This document shows, in pieces, positions 48,366 through 58,244 of a stretch of 58,244 nt of DNA. The translations under genes were made by a program, and so were the position numbers. Source of the DNA: Chiloscyllium plagiosum (lineage: Eukaryota); assembly GCF_004010195.1 (NCBI RefSeq), contig NC_057718.1:102840077-102898320 (forward strand), read 5' to 3'. How positions within the stretch are numbered: position 1 is the first letter of the stretch; the number at the start of each line of letters is the position of its first letter. The notes below the pieces were generated by a model. That model made no database searches. It was given only the letters and a program-made list of their open reading frames with translations, and was not told where the DNA came from.

Positions 48366-49977
48366 GAGCATGAGGCTTATATCTTGTGGACAAATTATAA
48401 CAAACAGATACACCAGAATATAGATGTAAACTGCAGGCAATTTGGTCAGCACATCTAATTACTGCTTCAGGCAGCAAGTTTAAAAAGAGTTGATAGTCAT
48501 AGCTCTTGGGTCATATTTGTAAATCTGCAAATGACTCATTTCCATTTAAAAGCATTTCGCTAAAGAAAGCATCAATGTTTTATTTAAGAACACTGGAAAT
48601 TATGGGAGACAGAAATGTGTTGGGTGTTAATTGTTTATGTGTCACATCTTGTATGTAACTAATGTACCGGATGTTTTTGTGACTGAGCATTTGTTTAACA
48701 CAGTGGGAGGTATTAAATTCCACTTCAAATGCAACGTCTAGCAATGTTTATGTTTGAGGAAATTAGTTTAATTTACATGGGGCTCACAGTTGGTTTAATG
48801 AGTACGTTATGTTGATGAGATACTGACTTTCTGTCAAATTCATTTGTGAAAAACAAGTTTGTAGTAATTAAGAGAGAGGTAATGTTCCAGTCATTAAAAT
48901 AAAATTTCAGAGTGAACAGTATCATTGATCAGAACATTATCAACTGTCCAGCTTTTTTGTTTGTTGACAAATATTTATAACTTTTCCATTTATGTAGATT
49001 AATGAATCACTTTAAAATATTCCTGTATAACACATTGTGCAATTATCTAAATCATTACGTAGTTCTTTCAAAGTCTCAAAGTCTCTCTAATGTAGAGTCA
49101 TTAATACATTGGATAATGATGTCAACTATTACCAACTCTGATAAACTCAGAAGGCTGCGTTTTACAGATTTTAACCGAATACACACAAAAAACACATAAC
49201 TGTTTGAATTGAATTGAGTTGAATTTGGTTTATTTTAAACATACTCAAATGAAATGTTTACAAATGTCACATTACATCTTAGATGCAAAGGTAACTAGAT
49301 ACAGATTCTTTAGCCTACTCAGGTAAAAAAGTTAGAAAAGTATAAAAAAAGTAATGTTTTAGTCTTCCACCGAATACATACAAAAAAGAGAGAATTGTTT
49401 TATACCGAGGGTAATATTTTTTGCACCATTTGTCAAATTCTAGATAAGTGGGGACTTTAAAGTTTAAAGTCTGTGCCAGTGTGCAGACCGACTGTAAGCA
49501 TTGCAACAAGAGAGGGCCATTGAGCCCATTGAACCTGCTCATGGCTGTTCCTCTACCCCAGTCCCACTTTCCTGCACCGTCTCCATCAGTCTTTAATCTG
49601 GAGCTTTTGTGGTAGAATTCTGTATTCCTTCACCTGCAGCTCTGAGGCTGTGTTGAGCCAAGTGAGATGAGTCTGATCGGCTTTGCCTGGGATGAAAAGA
49701 TGAACTGTTCAGATTTGTGAAGTTAATGCTTTGGGAGGTATTTGGGGGTTTGCTCCACCTCAACACTGCAACAGTTCTTGAGTTGTGCTAACCCCCAACT
49801 TCATGAGTATAATTATAGATGTCCAATTAATTTCTGATTGGGTTACAAATGAACATTTTATTCCAAGTCACACTGCGGTTTAGATTTTGGGCTCTGAATG
49901 GGCATCTTGAATAAAATATCATTATTATGTCTGTAGGCCATGGCATGTAAGTCAACTCATCATCTAAACTGGCCCAA

Positions 49978-50095
49978 AGGGGTCTTTTGGTGCAGTGGTA
50001 GTGTCAATGCCTGTGGGCTAGGAGGCCTGGGTTCCAGTTCCACCTGCCTAGGGCTTGTGTCATAAGACATCTGAACAAGTTGGTTAAAAATAGCT
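49978..50095 (+). mobile_element. Short tRNA-derived SINE, family C
   Basis: ggggtcttttggtgcagtggtagtgtc (A-box-like) ... ggttccagttcc (B-box-like); relatives at 35680-35792 (-) and 47733 (+). Confidence 0.6.
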
Positions 50096-50401
50096 ATAAG
50101 TTGAGCTGATGTTGTTGATGCTTAATATAAGTCAGCCCCTCTGTTCTACAGCATTATAAATACTCACATTAGGTGTCAGTCCCAATTTTGCAGTTCAGTT
50201 TGGTATATGTTGGCACTAAAATAATTACTGTAAATATGGCAGCATGACAGGGGAATCCTTGCTTCAGTAACTACCACTGCAAAGATATATCTAAAAAAAG
50301 CCACAATTTATATACATCAGAGGGTGGGATTGAGCAGGTGATGTGAGCTGTATGTTTAAGACATGATTACCTTGAGCAGTCTGCGCAAGCCAACCGAGTA
50401 A

Positions 50402-51260
50402 TTGGAAGCGGCCCCTTTGTAAAAGGAATAAATTACAGGAATAAAAGTAAAACTGGTTTCAACCTAAGAGTCATGACATTGGCCCAACCATGTGCAGGTT
50501 AGGTGAATTGACCATGCTAAATTGCTCGTAGTGTTAGGGGCAGGGGAATGGGTCTGGGTGGGTTGCGCTTCGGCAGGTCGGTGTGGACTTGTTGGGCCGA
50601 AGGGCCTGTTTCCACACTGTAAGTAATCTAATCTAATCATCCAATAGCGATGCTGCATTGAGGGGATTCAGTGCTTGTGATAATCTGATAAAATAGCAGA
50701 GGGAAAGGAATTGCCTGAAGAAGAAATCCAAGACCAACTACCCCGGGAGTCTTTGAGAGTCAAGTATTGGAATCGGTCATTGAAGCTCGTTAGAATAGTC
50801 ACATCATCACCAGAAATGCAAGGCGCCTGTACACCCTTAAGTCATCCAACCCTGCTTTCGGCAAAGATCTCAAAGCGGTATCTACTCGGTGTGGCTGCTT
50901 TGGGAACTGAGATAGTGTAATGTTGGGACAGAAGACTCAGAGACTGGAGTAAGGTTGAATAGTGTAGCAGAAATGTTCAAATCAGGTTTGAGTGAAGACC
51001 GCAGGAGGATGAGAAACCAGAACCCACGGTGGTACAAGCCTCTGTGATCGAAGGGACAATATTGACACCTGTTGTAATTTTCATGGAACCTAATCAAAAC
51101 TCATGCCCCCTCCAGGAGCTTTTCTCTCTGTACATGACAACAGCTGGATGGAATATATGGGGCTGAATAATGTGTGCAAAAGTTGTCCCAGCCAAGTACC
51201 TAAAGGATGCAGCAACTTTAGGTGGGGCCTGTCCAGGTTCAGCGTGACAGTTGTGACCCA
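50402..51260 (+). pseudogene. Decayed pogo/POGK-like (Tc1/mariner superfamily) transposase: Brinker-like DBD, CENP-B HTH, start of DDE domain
   Basis: Manual translation across stops and shifts: GFNLRVMTLAQPSNSDAALRGF; FESQVLESVIEAR*NSHIITRNARRLYTLK..DLKAVSTRCGCF; VKTAG/DEKPEPTVVQASVIEGTILTPVVIF; PPGAFLSVHDNSWM..LNNVCKSCP..K..S...W...R. Confidence 0.7.
50492..50637 (+). mobile_element. 5'-truncated HE1 SINE inserted in the transposase fossil
   Basis: gtgcaggttaggtgaattgaccatgctaaattg...gaagggcctgtttccacactgtaagtaatctaatctaat; cat on both sides. Confidence 0.9.
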
Positions 51261-52261
51261 AGGAACACCTGTGAAGGCCTTGTACATTAAGACTGACAAG
51301 AAATGCTGACCTTGTTTGTCAGTGGCTTCATCTTCCAAGAACAAACAAGTTATTTTCCAATTCAGGCAACTCATCTAATTGTGCTGTCCTTGTTTTTTTA
51401 GACATTTTTGTAGTTGCTGGAGGTGCCATTTCAGCCTCATCATTGTATTGGGTGAATAAGGTATTTTCTGCCGCGTTTACATGTGCAGTCATTAGACAGT
51501 CCCTGGGTTGTGAACAGATTCCATTCTGGTATCTGTTTGCAAGATGATTTGTACACGAGTTAGAACACAGTGAGGGACAATATAAAGTAGCTGCTTGTAA
51601 GTACGGGAAATGTTTGTTTGTTGAATCTTTAAAATTGCACCCCTGTATGGGATTGTGTTTGTAAATGGGACATTCAGGGATTCCGCTCATGGTAACAGAG
51701 ACAGATGACTAACCAAAGGTTAGACAAATCTGCCCTCAATCCCAAAGCAATTTACAAGTTTGGAGTTACATTTCTTCTAATTTTATTTGTTGGCAAATTA
51801 GAAGAGGTGGCAGAAATGAGACTGAGCCTGTGATGTCTTGCATGGTTGGTGCCTTGAATGTGAGTGAGGTATATGGATAGTGCAAAATCTGACTCTAATG
51901 TGTAAGGTATCAAAACAATGAATCACTCCATCTATCAGTAGGGACTAAGAATTTGCAAACTTGATTTTAGTTATGACTGACAGAAAGGAGTAAGAAATAA
52001 CTAGCTCAAATTTATAATCAGATAATGCAAGGCCAGTGCTTGAGTCTCATCCTTGGAGGCTTTACATTATGTTAAGTGCACAAACCCATATAAATAGGCA
52101 AGAAAACAAATTCAACTCTCTCTATGCTCAGTCTATTAATGTTAATCTCAGCAATCTGTAATTTAGAATCTTGAACCGACACTTTGTGATTGAATTCCTT
52201 TGCAGATATTGCCCAGTGTTTCAGCTACTGACACTGCTCGATAAGGACTCGGGTTTGATTA

Positions 52262-52437
52262 AACAAACACAGAAACTGCTGGAGACACCCAGAAATTCTG
52301 GTGACATCTGTGGAGAGAGAAACAGAGTTAATGATTTGAGTCCAGTGACCCTTCTTCAGATCCGTCCTGAGAGAGAAACAGAGTTAATGATTTGAGTCCA
52401 GTGACCCTTCTTCAGATCCGTCCTGAGAGAGAAACAG
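52262..52437 (-). mobile_element. Penelope-like pLTR fragment with a perfect 56-bp tandem duplication
   Basis: Units 52313-52368 and 52369-52424 are identical, plus a 13-bp partial unit; each has CTGAAGA-A-GGGTC-ACTG-GACTC on the minus strand. Confidence 0.8.
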
Positions 52438-52734
52438 CAGTCTTGTCTGCACCTAGAGTTGCCTAGCTCTGACCAGGGACCCAATAATGTGTAAAGAATT
52501 AGACTGTGTCCAAACACCAGATCTTAAAATTTGTTTAGACAGAGTCTAGCCATTTACCTTCTCTAGTCAGCGGTTTATTCCAACTTGCATATCTCAAAGC
52601 CCCAACACTCTGATTACTCGTTCCCCAAACACACCCAGTTTGTAACCATTTGTCTCTTAGGTAGGATACACTATCAGTTGTTCCCCAGTTTCATTTGGTT
52701 TCAGGTATCCTTACTAGACCCCACAAGATGATGA

Positions 52735-52860
52735 AGCAGAGGTGCCGGTGTTGGACAGGGATGGACGAGTTCAGACCAACAGGTCACCTCACCTGACGAA
52801 GGAGTATCACTCCAAAAGCCTGTTGGGTTATAACCTCGTGTCATGTGACTTCTGACCTAC
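52735..52860. mobile_element. Rearranged Penelope-like pLTR fragment (AGCT family)
   Basis: gaggtgccggtgttggac is the inverse of 56807-56824; cac-CTGACGA-A-GGAGT-atc-ACTCC. Confidence 0.6.
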
Positions 52861-53199
52861 CAGACGATAACACCCCAAGGCCAGAACAACATATCCCAGA
52901 CCATCAGGACTCATGATGAATGACCTTCATACATTCCTTCATCCTTGCCATTGGCCTGATTCACAAAGCATTCCTCTCCAACAAGAAGTTGATAGAATTT
53001 AATGCAAAGTACATGTTCACCTGCAGAAATCCACGGTGCATAGTTTTTGGAACTCAATGTAATTGTTTTACGATTCCATCTTGTTGAATAAAACCCCAAA
53101 TAGAGTGGAAATCCAGGTTTACAAGAATTAAAACTGGATTTATTAAGTTATGGGGAGAGTTGTATAAATGAGGACTGCCTTCTTTAGAGTTCACCAAGA

Positions 53200-54410
53200 A
53201 CAGGGACATGATGGATGTTGAGGTTAAGGATAGATATTTGGTTACTCTCGATCAAGTTGGCATAAGGAAGGAGGAAGTGTTGTGTATTCTAAAAAGCATT
53301 AAGGTGAACAAGTCCCCGGATGGGATCTATCCGAGGTTACTGAGGGAAGCGAGAGAGGAAATAGCTGGGGCCTTAACAGATATCTTTGCAGCATCCTTGA
53401 ATACAGGTGAGATCCTGGAGGACTGGAGAATTACTAATACTGTCCCCATGTTTAAGAAGGGTAGCAAGGATAATCCAGGCAATTATAGACCAGTGAGCCT
53501 GATGTTAGTGGTAGGGAAGCTGCTGGAGAAGATATTGAGGGATAGGATCTCTTTACATTTTGAAGAAAATGGGCTGATCAGTGATAGGCAACATGGTTTT
53601 GTGGAGGGAAGGTCATGTCTCACCAACTTAATAGAATTGGTGAGGAAGTGATAAAGTTGATTGATGACGGAAGGGCTGTAGATGTCGTATGCATGGATTT
53701 CAATAAGGTGTTTGATAAGGTTCCCATGGTAGGCTAATAGAGAAAGTGAAGTTGCATGGGGTCCAAGGTGTACTAGCGAGATGGATAGAGAACTGGCTGG
53801 GCAACAGGAGACAGAGAGTAGTGGTGGAAGGGAGTTTCTCAAAATGGAGACCTGTGACCAGTGATATTCCACAGGGATCTGTGCTGGGACCACTGCTGTT
53901 TGTGATTAACATAAATGATCAGGAGGAAGGTATAGGTGGTCTGATTAGCAAGTTTGCAGATGACACTAAGATTAGTGGAGTAGCAGATAGTAAAGGAAAC
54001 TGTCAGAGAATACAGAAGAATATAGATAGATTAGAGAGTTGGGCGGAGAAATGGCAGATGGAGTTCAATCTGGGCAAATGCGAGGTGATGCATTTTGGAA
54101 GATCCAATTCAAGAGCGAACTATACTGCAAATGGAAAAGCCCTGGGAAAAAATGATGTGCAGAGAGATATGGGTGTTCAAGTCCATTGTTCCCGTGAAGG
54201 TTGCATCGCAGGTCGATAGAGTGGTCAAGAAGGCATATGGCATGCTTTCCTTCTCTTGATTACAGGAGTTGGCAGGTCATGTTACAGTTGTATAGGACTT
54301 TAGTTCGGCCGCATTTGGCATATTGCATATCCTTCTGGTCACCACATTACCAGAAAGATGTGGATGCTTTGGAGAGGGTGCAGAGGAGGTTCACTAGGAT
54401 GTTGCCTGGT
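53200..54410 (+). mobile_element. CR1 LINE ORF2 RT fragment
   Basis: KSPDGIYPRLL..DWRITNTVPMFKKGSKDNPGNYRPVSL..QHGFVEGRSCLTNL; IPQGSVLGPLLFVI..KFADDTK. Confidence 0.95.
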
Positions 54411-54578
54411 GCACATCACCCTCTGTAGTTTCTTATAGTCTTGAGCAGAGCAGTTGCTGTACCAGGTCATTATGCACCCGGATAGTATGTGTTCAATGGT
54501 GCATCTGTAGAGGTTGGTGAGGGTCCTTATGGACATGCTGAATTTCCTGAGCCGGCTGAGGAAGGAGAAGCGTTCCTG
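54411..54578 (-). mobile_element. Rex1/Babar-like LINE fragment
   Basis: ERFSFLSRLRKFSMSIRTLTNLYRCTIEHILSGCIMTWYSNCSAQDYKKLQRVM. Confidence 0.8.
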
Positions 54579-55389
54579 ACTCTCGCGTCTATGTGGGAAA
54601 GCAACAATCAGCCATGGTCTCACTGAATGATGGAACAGTTCAAGGGGCTGAATGGCCTAGTCTAGTTCCTATGTTCCTAACTCCTGCCTCCCTAAGGGTG
54701 CTGGTCAATCAGAATTTCTTGTGGACAGCAGCATGGCCACTGAGAGCACTGGGCAATGCTGGTGCTATAGTCGGACCGAGCTGGATTGTTGCAGTGTATG
54801 TCTTGGTTTAGTCTACACTTCCTGTTGGTTGGATAGTGGATCTTGTCTCCTCCACTCTCCCAGTAATTTATAACTAGGCCTCCAACTAATTACTCACATT
54901 ATTCAGCTCCTGGTTAGGACCAGGGGCAGACAAGGCTGTTGCTTCTCTCTCAGCCTCCCGGTGAGACTGCTGTTCATGTCGTGTTTACTATATGAGCTGC
55001 ACTATTCATTCATGTACATTAACCCTTCCACCACATGGCCGACACCATAGCTTGGAGGTTTTAGTGATTGAGTTGGTGGGACAGGATGGATGTGCTGGGG
55101 TGGGGAGGGGCCACATAGAGGAGGGAAGGTTCACATCAAGGATATGGAGGTGCCTCCCAGTCCTGAGGCAGAGTCCCTCGGAAAGGCCCAACCAGGGCTT
55201 TCCTTTTTGTTGGGGGAATTGCTTCACACGTTGTCTTTCCCTCACTCCCACCCCAATCTGATTCCATTAGCTACAAGGTCAGGGTCTTCTGTGGGTGCCT
55301 GAGGGTCTCAGTTGGCCTCCAGTAAATTGCTTGCTCTCCAAACCACCTTGCCATCATTTCCGTGGGTGTTGCGAACTGAGGCTGAATTT

Positions 55390-55600
55390 AATGCCCATCC
55401 CTACTTGCCCAGTTTGCTGCTTTTGGCCACTTTGGTCCTTATGGTGTAAGGACCCATGATGCTCTTTGGGAGAGGATTCCATGATTCTGAGCCAGTGACA
55501 CTGAAGGAACTACAATATATTTTCAAGTCAGGATGATGAATGGCTTGGGGTGGTGGGGGGATGAAGCTTGCAGGGGTTAGTGTTCCCATGTGTCTGTTAC
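55390..55600 (-). mobile_element. CR1-group LINE 3' fragment, family D
   Basis: HHPDLKIYCSSFSVTGSESWNPLP matches 21130-21465. Confidence 0.7.
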
Positions 55601-56628
55601 CCGTGCTGAAGTAGATTCATACCAGACTTGAAATGTTAACACTCTTTCTCTGTCCACAGATGCTGCCAGACCCAATGAGTTTCTTCAGCAATTTCTGCAT
55701 CTGTTGCCCTCATGCTTCTCCGTGGCAGAGGTTGGAGGTGCCAGAGCATTGGGTGCCATTTTGAGTACCCCGTGTCCCGAAGTCAAAGCTTTTGAGAGAG
55801 AGGGTGAGGAAGGGACTTGCTGGAATGGTACGAGAGTGAGGGTGCTGAGGGATGTGAAGAGATGGAGATGCTGAGATTGTCCTGTTCCAGGAGGAGATTC
55901 CGAGGAGATTGGATAGAGGTGTTCAGAATCATGAAGGGTCTTACAAGAGACAAAAATATCAAACAATGATGAGGCTGAATACAGGAAGGAGAGAGAGTAC
56001 TTGTTGTCATGGTGCAATGATAACAACCTCCCTCTCAATATCAGCAAGACGAAAGAACTGACTATTGACTTCAGGAAGAAAGGAGGACATTCTCCACCCC
56101 CTCCCCCCCCATCTACATCAATGGAGTGGAGGTGGAGAGGGTGGACAGCATCAAGTTCCTCGGAGTGACAAGAACCGACAACCTGTTCTGGCTTTCCCAT
56201 GTAGATGCGACAGTCAGGAAGGCACAGCAACACCTCTCCTTCCTCAGGTGGCTCAGGAAATTCAATATGTCCATAAGGACCCTCACCAACTTCTACTGAT
56301 GCACCATTGAGAGTATACTGTCCGGGTGTATAACTGCCTGGTGCGGCAACTGCTCTGCCCAGGACTGTGAGAAACTACAGAGGGTTGTTTGCAAACCCAG
56401 ACATCACAGATACCAACCTTCGATCCACAGCCTCCATTTACACAGCTCGCTGCCACAGAGAGGCTGCCAACATCAAAGACCCCTCCCCACCCCGGTAAAG
56501 ATCTCCTACAACCTCTTCCGTCAGGCAGAAGATACAGAATATTGAATACACTCACCAAAGGTTCAGGAACAGCTTCTTCCCTGCTGTTATTAGACTGCTG
56601 CATGGATCTCTCTCACTTCAAATCTAAT

Positions 56629-56835
56629 TTAAAATTCATACAGCACCAGGTTATAGTCCAACAGGTTTAATTGGAAGCACTAGCTTTCAGGGCGACGCTC
56701 CTTCATCAGGTGGTTGTCAGGAGCAGCGTTCCGAAAGCTAGTGCTTCCAAATAAACATGTCCAACTACAACCTGGTGTTGTGTGATTTTTAACTTTGTCC
56801 ACCCTAGTCCAACACCGGCACCTCCACATCATGAC
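56629..56835. mobile_element. Penelope-like pLTR insertion with inverted halves (AGCT family)
   Basis: 56631-56702 is an imperfect inverted repeat of 56719-56790; aatctaat flanks both sides (56621-56628, 56840-56847). Confidence 0.8.
56678..56712 (-). ncRNA. Minimal hammerhead ribozyme motif
   Basis: Minus strand CAC-CTGATGA-A-GGAGC-gtc-GCCCT-GAA-AGCT-A-GTG: 3-bp stem I, stem II with one mismatch, palindromic AGCU. Confidence 0.55.
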
Positions 56836-57511
56836 TTTCAATCTAATGATGAGGCTGAATACAGGAAGGAGAGAGAGTACTTGTTGTCATGGTGCAATGA
56901 TAACAACCTCCCTCTCAATATCAGCAAGACGAAAGAACCATATGCACCTCCTGTAACAGCTGTAACTCTGTAGGCCTCGCTCTGCCTATGATCTTATTTG
57001 CTTTGATCTGCCTGTACTGCTCGCAAAACAACATTTTTCACTGTGCGTGACAACAATAAATCAGATTAAATAAGGAGAAAATGTTTGCTAACCCAGGAAG
57101 GATGGGTATAGGGAGTACACTGGGTTTTGATGATTGACGAAGGAACCAGAGACAACATGAGAAAAGAGAAATGACTCAGCAAGCTGTTATGTGGGACGTG
57201 GTGTCTGAAAAGGCAATGGAAGGAAATTCAGTGATAACTTTCAAAGGAGAACTGGATATAAACTTTAATTTATATTTACAGGGCTGGGGGAAAAGGGAAG
57301 GTTAACCAGACAGCTCCTGTACAGCCCCAATGGTCTGTATGGCCTCTTGCTGTGCTGCAGCTTCCCCTGATTGTGTGAGTAAATGTTTAATTTGGAATGT
57401 AGCCTCATAACTGGTAAAGGAATACCTTCTTTTAAAAGGAAATAAGTGGTGATGAAGCACACATTTTTAATTAAAGAATGCTCACTGGCTCAAACGTTTC
57501 TGAACAATAGA

Positions 57512-57517
57512 TTTATT
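57512..57517 (-). terminator. Candidate polyadenylation signal AATAAA for the putative minus-strand terminal exon
   Basis: tttatt on the plus strand, near the end of a repeat-free block of about 0.55 kb. Confidence 0.3.
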
Positions 57518-58034
57518 TCTTAAAGCAACACTTATTTCGAAGATTGAATTTGTCCAGCTCAGAATAATTAAACACATGGTAAATCTTTAACTACAAATGT
57601 CCCTCTGTGGTGAGCAACTAGAACATTAACAAAATTAATGTTTTATGGGAACGTTTTGGCTGGGACCTCTGAAGAAACAGGTGGTACTGGGTTAGTTCAA
57701 TAATACATAATGATACAGTTAGTGCTCCATCTGGACAACATACAGCGAGCTTGTCAGTGCTGCACTGTACTCCTTCAGAATAGTCGATGGTGTAATATAG
57801 TGCACAAATGTAAGATAAAAATGAAATTTGACAGTGGTGTGTTCCACTTTAACAATAACCCACAGGCAAACAGTAAAAACACTGTTAAAAATTCCACAAA
57901 GACCCCTTTCCTGTTGTGACTGATGCAAGTTTGCTCCACTGTGCCCAGCGAAAACCCTGGTTTATAATTGTGTGATTGGAAGCTGTTATTTCTTCCCCCT
58001 CTTTGTCGTTTTTTTTTACTGTGGCCCCATTAGG

Positions 58035-58075
58035 TCATTGAGTATGATTCTCCTGGGTCGGAGAAGGGCCACTAC
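58035..58075 (-). CDS. Candidate host terminal coding exon (product unknown)
   Basis: Minus-strand acceptor tgtatctttgtatctttgcAG|G at 58076; phase 1 reads xSGPSPTQENHTQ* (phase 0 reads VVALLRPRRIILNDLMGPQ* to 58016); 3' UTR-like unique sequence then AATAAA. Confidence 0.4.
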
Positions 58076-58093
58076 CTGCAAAGATACAAAGAT

Positions 58094-58244
58094 ACACACA
58101 CTCACACACACTCACACACACTCACACATACACACTCACAAACTCGCATTCACACACAAACACTCTCACACTCACACACACACATTCACACATACACACA
58201 CATTCACACACACATACACATACACACACTCACAAGCACACTCA
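58094..58244. repeat. (CA)n / (CACACT)n microsatellite
   Basis: Direct inspection; runs off the window end. Confidence 0.95.

Larger units (their letters stand above)
55955..57070 (+). mobile_element. Rex1/Babar-like LINE 3' part, with a Penelope insertion and a 94-bp internal duplication; lies inside an old plus-strand CR1 (about 55850-55950 and 57071-57370)
   Basis: LSWCNDNNLPLNISKTKELTIDFRK; VERVDSIKFLGV; KAQQHLSFLRWLRKF..LTNFY; LPSGRRYR; 3' UTR ending acaacaataaatcagattaaat. Confidence 0.85.

Noticed and set aside
50820..50890. Fibronectin type III-like peptide YRFEIFAESRVG on the minus strand
   Set aside because: Ends in a stop, has no splice context, and is better explained as the antisense of the pogo-like fossil
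52313..52437. CRISPR-like array
   Set aside because: Contiguous identical units with no unique spacers, in a vertebrate repeat context
54990..55340. Possible Harbinger Myb/SANT relic (SLEVLVIEL)
   Set aside because: Only one short motif; not enough to support a call

Overview
Eukaryotic, repeat-dominated, essentially non-coding window, inferred to come from a cartilaginous fish (shark) because it carries the HE1 SINE / HER1-type CR1 LINE pair. Almost every long ORF in the track is a transposon remnant or its antisense shadow. LINEs: many CR1 copies (two near full-length minus-strand copies with ORF1 zinc finger/esterase and ORF2 endonuclease-RT, 35862-39700 and 41060-45095), a second CR1-group family, and Rex1/Babar and RTE fragments. 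SINEs: three tRNA-derived families. LTR elements: a 5'-truncated Gypsy element with the unusual Gmr1-type order protease-integrase-RT-RNase H (24553-28500), a solo LTR of the same family (9988-10691), and two older Gypsy fossils. Penelope-like elements: a GIY-YIG remnant and about a dozen pseudo-LTR pieces of at least four subfamilies carrying minimal hammerhead ribozyme motifs. DNA transposon: a heavily decayed pogo/POGK-like DDE transposase fossil that the ORF track does not show as a single ORF. Two tentative host terminal exons point towards each other (7391+ and 58075-), and several repeat-free AT-rich blocks may be conserved non-coding elements. I found no convincing new biological system; the most interesting signals are known but rarely annotated classes. 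Most repeat boundaries are approximate (tens of bp), and family names come from motif recognition, not database searches.
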